From IMG/VR virus record IMGVR_UViG_3300020020_000024: 64,000 bases of DNA; one strand, 5' to 3'. Source of the stretch: an uncultured virus (IMG/VR IMGVR_UViG_3300020020_000024) (taxonomy: Duplodnaviria > Heunggongvirae > Uroviricota > Caudoviricetes). A program made the position numbers and the translations under genes. The first letter of the stretch is position 1. Every line of letters begins with the position of its first letter. Positions 60,649-64,000 of the stretch are shown here, one piece after another. Under the pieces are notes generated by a model. The model was not told the DNA's origin. It ran no database searches and saw only the letters and a program-made list of their open reading frames with translations.

Positions 60649-60984
60649 ATGTATTTACTACTTATTATACTCAGCGCATGGCCTTGTGCATTATGGGAAA
60701 TAATACACACTGATTTTGACCAATCCAACCTTGTCGGAAAGAATGATTCTTTCTGGAAGCCAGAAATAAGCAGAGATAAAAAAAAGTTTTTTGGGTTGAT
60801 CAGATTAGATGCAGAAACGCTAATGCCGATTGCAACAATATTTATTCTTATCTCAGCAACTATACTTGCGCAGTTACATCTATTTCAAATTGGTTTTATC
60901 GGTAAGGGTTGGCAATTGTTAATAGCATGTATTGTTTTTATAATGGCCTATAATATTATTTGGCGTAGGTATATGAAAAAATAA
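60649..60984 (+). CDS. small multi-TM membrane protein (holin candidate)
   Basis: Three hydrophobic segments and a basic C-terminus, between two hydrolase genes. Confidence 0.45.
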   Translation: MYLLLIILSAWPCALWEIIHTDFDQSNLVGKNDSFWKPEISRDKKKFFGLIRLDAETLMPIATIFILISATILAQLHLFQIGFIGKGWQLLIACIVFIMAYNIIWRRYMKK

Positions 60985-61010
60985 CTTCGTTTAAGTTAAA
61001 ATCCCACAAT

Positions 61011-61823
61011 ATGAAAAACCTAAAACTAATCGGCTTGGTTGCTTTAATCGCAATCATTATTTTCTCTTGTAAAAGAGAAATTGTACCTGAAACAAAAAAA
61101 TACCCCGGTGATGTTGAATTGTTCAATCATTCCAGGGATGCGGAAATTGCTACTAAAAAACCGCCTAAGCCGCCTAAAGGCGGTGGTGGTAATCCACACA
61201 ACCCACCCGATACAACGACTAATCCTCCGGTAGATACAGCAGAAGTTTGTATATATCTGGATTATGACGGAGAGATTTTGTCAGGCACCTTATGGAATAT
61301 CAATTACGGATCAGGTAATACACTTGTTTTTAGTCCAAGTGGATTAAGCGATACGCAAAAACAAGAAATCCGTGTAAGAGTTTCGGCTGATTATGCAAAA
61401 GAAAAAGGGTTTGTTAAGAGAATTAAAATCACAGATTCATTATCTGTTTTTAATTCTTATCCTAAGAGTAGAAGAATGCAAGTTATAATCACGGCCTCTC
61501 ATGAGTGGTATCCAGAATCTGCTGGCGGTGTTGCTTATATTAATTCATATACATGGGGAGATGGTACACCATGCTTTGTATTTAGCAAGGCTTACGACTA
61601 TAGGGCAGATTATATAGCTCATGCTTGCTCACATGAACCAGGGCACATGACCGGATGCAGACATCAATCAGTATATGACTCAAACTGTAACCTGGTAAAT
61701 AATTATAGAGTGGGTTGGATCATGGGGCAGTATGGCGGTTATCCCGCAATTTTTGGAATAGGAACAAGTATTTGTTGTACTTGCATACAAGATGATATAG
61801 CAGTAATAAATTCTAATTTATAA
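61011..61823 (+). CDS. lipoprotein metzincin-like zinc metalloprotease
   Basis: Lipobox IIFSC; GGVAY; HEPGHMTGCRH (HExGHxxGxxH); IMG Met-turn. Confidence 0.75.
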   Translation: MKNLKLIGLVALIAIIIFSCKREIVPETKKYPGDVELFNHSRDAEIATKKPPKPPKGGGGNPHNPPDTTTNPPVDTAEVCIYLDYDGEILSGTLWNINYGSGNTLVFSPSGLSDTQKQEIRVRVSADYAKEKGFVKRIKITDSLSVFNSYPKSRRMQVIITASHEWYPESAGGVAYINSYTWGDGTPCFVFSKAYDYRADYIAHACSHEPGHMTGCRHQSVYDSNCNLVNNYRVGWIMGQYGGYPAIFGIGTSICCTCIQDDIAVINSNL

Positions 61824-61845
61824 ATAAAAATAAAATCTAGATCTT

Positions 61846-62400
61846 ATGTTACCTAAAGAATACCAATGGATCGAAACTATCGGCACACTACCAAAGATGG
61901 TTTCAGCAGCATTGCAATATATTGGAGTAAGAGAATATCCAGGTTCTAATGCTAATCCTGTCATATTGGATATGGCAAGATCGATAGGCGTTTCTGATAT
62001 ATATACTTCTGACGAGACTTCTTGGTGCGCTCTTTTCATTAACTATCTTATCAGAATAACAGCTAAACCGCAGGTAGATGTAAAGGGTGATCGTTATAAT
62101 CTTCTTCGGGCCAAGTGGCTTTTGAATTGGGGAACGAAAGTTACTGCCGGTGATGAAAAAATGGGAGACATTGTTATTATTGACCGTGATGGTGGTGGTC
62201 ATGTGTTTGTACTGATAGCAAAAACAAAAGCCGGAAACTATATTGGTATTGGTGGAAACCAGGGTAATAAAGTTTCATTTGCCGAATTTGATAAAAATAG
62301 AGTTCTTGGAATCAGAAGATTTTATACAACTGCACTTCCAGGATCAGCTAAACTTTATGTGGTTGATGGTACTGGTCAGTTTTCAACCAATGAAGCATGA
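61846..62400 (+). CDS. TIGR02594-like NlpC/P60 peptidoglycan hydrolase
   Basis: GVREYPG..NP.I, DETSWCALF, GGGHV, GGNQ. Confidence 0.85.
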   Translation: MLPKEYQWIETIGTLPKMVSAALQYIGVREYPGSNANPVILDMARSIGVSDIYTSDETSWCALFINYLIRITAKPQVDVKGDRYNLLRAKWLLNWGTKVTAGDEKMGDIVIIDRDGGGHVFVLIAKTKAGNYIGIGGNQGNKVSFAEFDKNRVLGIRRFYTTALPGSAKLYVVDGTGQFSTNEA

Positions 62401-63338
62401 GTGAAGTTATTAGTTTGAATTACAGAAAAAAATCTATTACATTACGCCCGAAGAAATCCAATGTCATGAAAAGAAACCACAATTCAAAACGTAACCATTT
62501 TTTGAACTTCGTAGGTGTTCCACCAAGTTCCGGATACTTAAATTATATGGCTGCGCAAGAAGGCTATTCTCAATCCGGTGATCCATTAGCACTATATCCA
62601 AATATGTATCCAAGTGATGACGGCATTAGTGGAACACTTCTTCCAGGTGGTGGAGGTGATGCAATTGGTGCAGGTACTAGTGACCTGGGTTTGGGTAGTG
62701 GCGGTATTAAACCGATTGTTCCAGAGCAAGAATTGGGTCTTGGTGCTGGTAATGCTTTGATGGAAAGCGGCGGCGGCACTACTCTTGTAAATACTCCTTA
62801 CACTTACAACAATGTTGATAATGCTGATTGCCCTACTATCACTAGGATGATAGGAGAGGTAGAAAATAGCATGATAATGATAAGATTCACGCCGGAAGGT
62901 TATGCTGCATGGATGGCATGGCTGCAGTATGCGTATGCAAGAAAAGAAATTATCTGTAATCCGAAATCAAGCCCTGTTGATGAATATTGTCCAAGCGGTA
63001 ATTGTGGTCAGACTACAACTGCCCCTGTTCAAACTTTTGGTGGCGGCGCTAGTGGCGGTGGAGTCATTGGGGCAGGTGTGGGTGATGGTGGTGGCGGTGT
63101 GATCGGTGCAGGTGGGGGTGTTGAAACTCTTACAAGTGGTGGTGCAGCAACTTCGCCGACAACATCTGCTCCAAAGAGTAGCGGCATTCTTGGTGGCCTT
63201 AGTGGACTGTTCGGCGGCGGCGGTGCAGGTGGTGGCAATGGACAAGCACCAACAGGTAAAGGAAAAGATTGGTTCTGGATCGTGTTTGGTGCAGTTTCAA
63301 TCACAGGATTAATAGTACATCTTTCAAAATCTGAATAA
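62397..63338 (+). CDS. Gly-rich protein with C-terminal TM
   Basis: Gly-rich tracts; WFWIVFGAVSITGLIV. Confidence 0.75.
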   Translation: MSEVISLNYRKKSITLRPKKSNVMKRNHNSKRNHFLNFVGVPPSSGYLNYMAAQEGYSQSGDPLALYPNMYPSDDGISGTLLPGGGGDAIGAGTSDLGLGSGGIKPIVPEQELGLGAGNALMESGGGTTLVNTPYTYNNVDNADCPTITRMIGEVENSMIMIRFTPEGYAAWMAWLQYAYARKEIICNPKSSPVDEYCPSGNCGQTTTAPVQTFGGGASGGGVIGAGVGDGGGGVIGAGGGVETLTSGGAATSPTTSAPKSSGILGGLSGLFGGGGAGGGNGQAPTGKGKDWFWIVFGAVSITGLIVHLSKSE

Positions 63339-63347
63339 AAAATATTT

Positions 63348-63680
63348 ATGGATCAAGTTATTCCAGACGGTGCAGCAACTGCACCACCAGGGCCGATAGG
63401 CGATGTATCGCAGGTTGCAGCACCGGCAGCGCCACCGATACAACAAGCTGCGCCAGTATATACTCCCCCGCCAACTCCAACGCCATCTTTTTTTTCAGGT
63501 ATAAATGTTGGTGATGTGCTTGTAGGTGCTATTGTATTTGGTGCAATGTTTACGATCATCTATTACTACCGAAAAGAAATAAAATATTCAAAAACCGAAA
63601 AGAGTGAGATTCGCCAGCAGCTTGATGAAGTTTCGCAAAATGTTCAAGCAGCACTTGGCCCGAATTATCAAAAGTACTAA
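63348..63680 (+). CDS. Pro/Ala-rich single-TM protein
   Basis: Pro-rich N-terminus, TM segment, short coiled coil. Confidence 0.75.
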   Translation: MDQVIPDGAATAPPGPIGDVSQVAAPAAPPIQQAAPVYTPPPTPTPSFFSGINVGDVLVGAIVFGAMFTIIYYYRKEIKYSKTEKSEIRQQLDEVSQNVQAALGPNYQKY

Positions 63681-63717
63681 AACCAACCTTGTCATTTTTC
63701 ATACGCTAGATAAACCT

Positions 63718-63750
63718 ATACCTGTGATTTCTATCACAGGTATTCCTTTT
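63718..63750 (+). terminator. intrinsic terminator
   Basis: ATACCTGTGAT-ttct-ATCACAGGTAT, an 11-bp stem followed by TCCTTTT. Confidence 0.7.
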
Positions 63751-63790
63751 TATACATACATTTACAATACGCAAATCTCAAGATAACACA

Positions 63791-63820
63791 GAAACCCTGT
63801 ATATTCATGTACGGGGTTTC
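63791..63820 (+). promoter_or_regulatory. stem-loop upstream of the next gene
   Basis: GAAACCCTGTA...TACGGGGTTTC, one G-U pair. Confidence 0.45.
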
Positions 63821-63834
63821 AAATTTAAAAGCGT

Positions 63835-64000
63835 ATGCAACCAACGATAAGAGATATTGATAAAATAGTTTTTGGCAATCCATCATTACGGGATTATAAA
63901 ATAATGCAGCAGGAATCATATCTGGACAGGTTAGTTCCTGAATTAAAAATGTTTTCACCTCCAAAAAATTCCTCTACTGCAGCCGTAAAAGAATTAGAAT
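63835..64000 (+). CDS. N-terminus of a gene running off the window
   Basis: MQPTIRDIDKIVFGNP...PPKNSSTAAVKELE is open to the window edge. PP.N.S...EL is weakly PAP2/haloperoxidase-like. Confidence 0.55.
   Translation, partial: MQPTIRDIDKIVFGNPSLRDYKIMQQESYLDRLVPELKMFSPPKNSSTAAVKELE

Noticed and set aside
62397..63338. GG-rich protein as another member of the FxxGG polyprotein set
   Set aside because: Its GG runs are low-complexity glycine tracts rather than regularly placed FAKGG-type domain boundaries
2220..63964. Numerous minus-strand ORFs in the six-frame track (e.g. 45190..45735, 57817..58296, 63734..63964)
   Set aside because: They are antisense shadows of convincing + strand genes and have no recognisable motifs
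1..64000. tRNA or rRNA genes
   Set aside because: No cloverleaf or T-loop signatures were noticed in the few intergenic gaps; not confirmed with tRNAscan

Overview
This window is a gene-dense, AT-rich segment with nearly all genes on the + strand. It is most plausibly part of a large virus genome infecting a Bacteroidota host: there are TAnnTTTG promoter elements, no Shine-Dalgarno motifs and many short orphan ORFs. No terminase, portal, tRNA or CRISPR was recognised. (1) 1-39.4 kb: a nucleotide-sugar and glycan-tailoring toolkit (Gmd, ColD-type dehydratase, Fcl/ColC reductase, GT11, GT10, GT25, GT2/7, an intein-containing GT4, a NodU-type carbamoyltransferase, methyltransferases) is scattered among small phage-type genes, ending in a nuclease and an SNF2 helicase. 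(2) 39.7-57.6 kb, the most striking part: four giant ORFs (1575, 1426, 770 and 1625 aa) are strings of unrelated domains separated by about 45 [F/Y/M]-x-x-G-G motifs. A 17-aa cassette (QPLGSxVGHQSSFxKGG) recurs nine times. The modules include an LPD1/HExxH metallopeptidase-like domain, an ADP-ribosyltransferase-like domain and a Cys-His-Asp module. This looks like a di-glycine-processed polyprotein cargo system (inference). (3) 57.7-64 kb: small membrane-anchored proteins, two peptidoglycan hydrolases and a lipoprotein metalloprotease. All family calls come from motif recognition by eye and counts are manual; no database searches were run.
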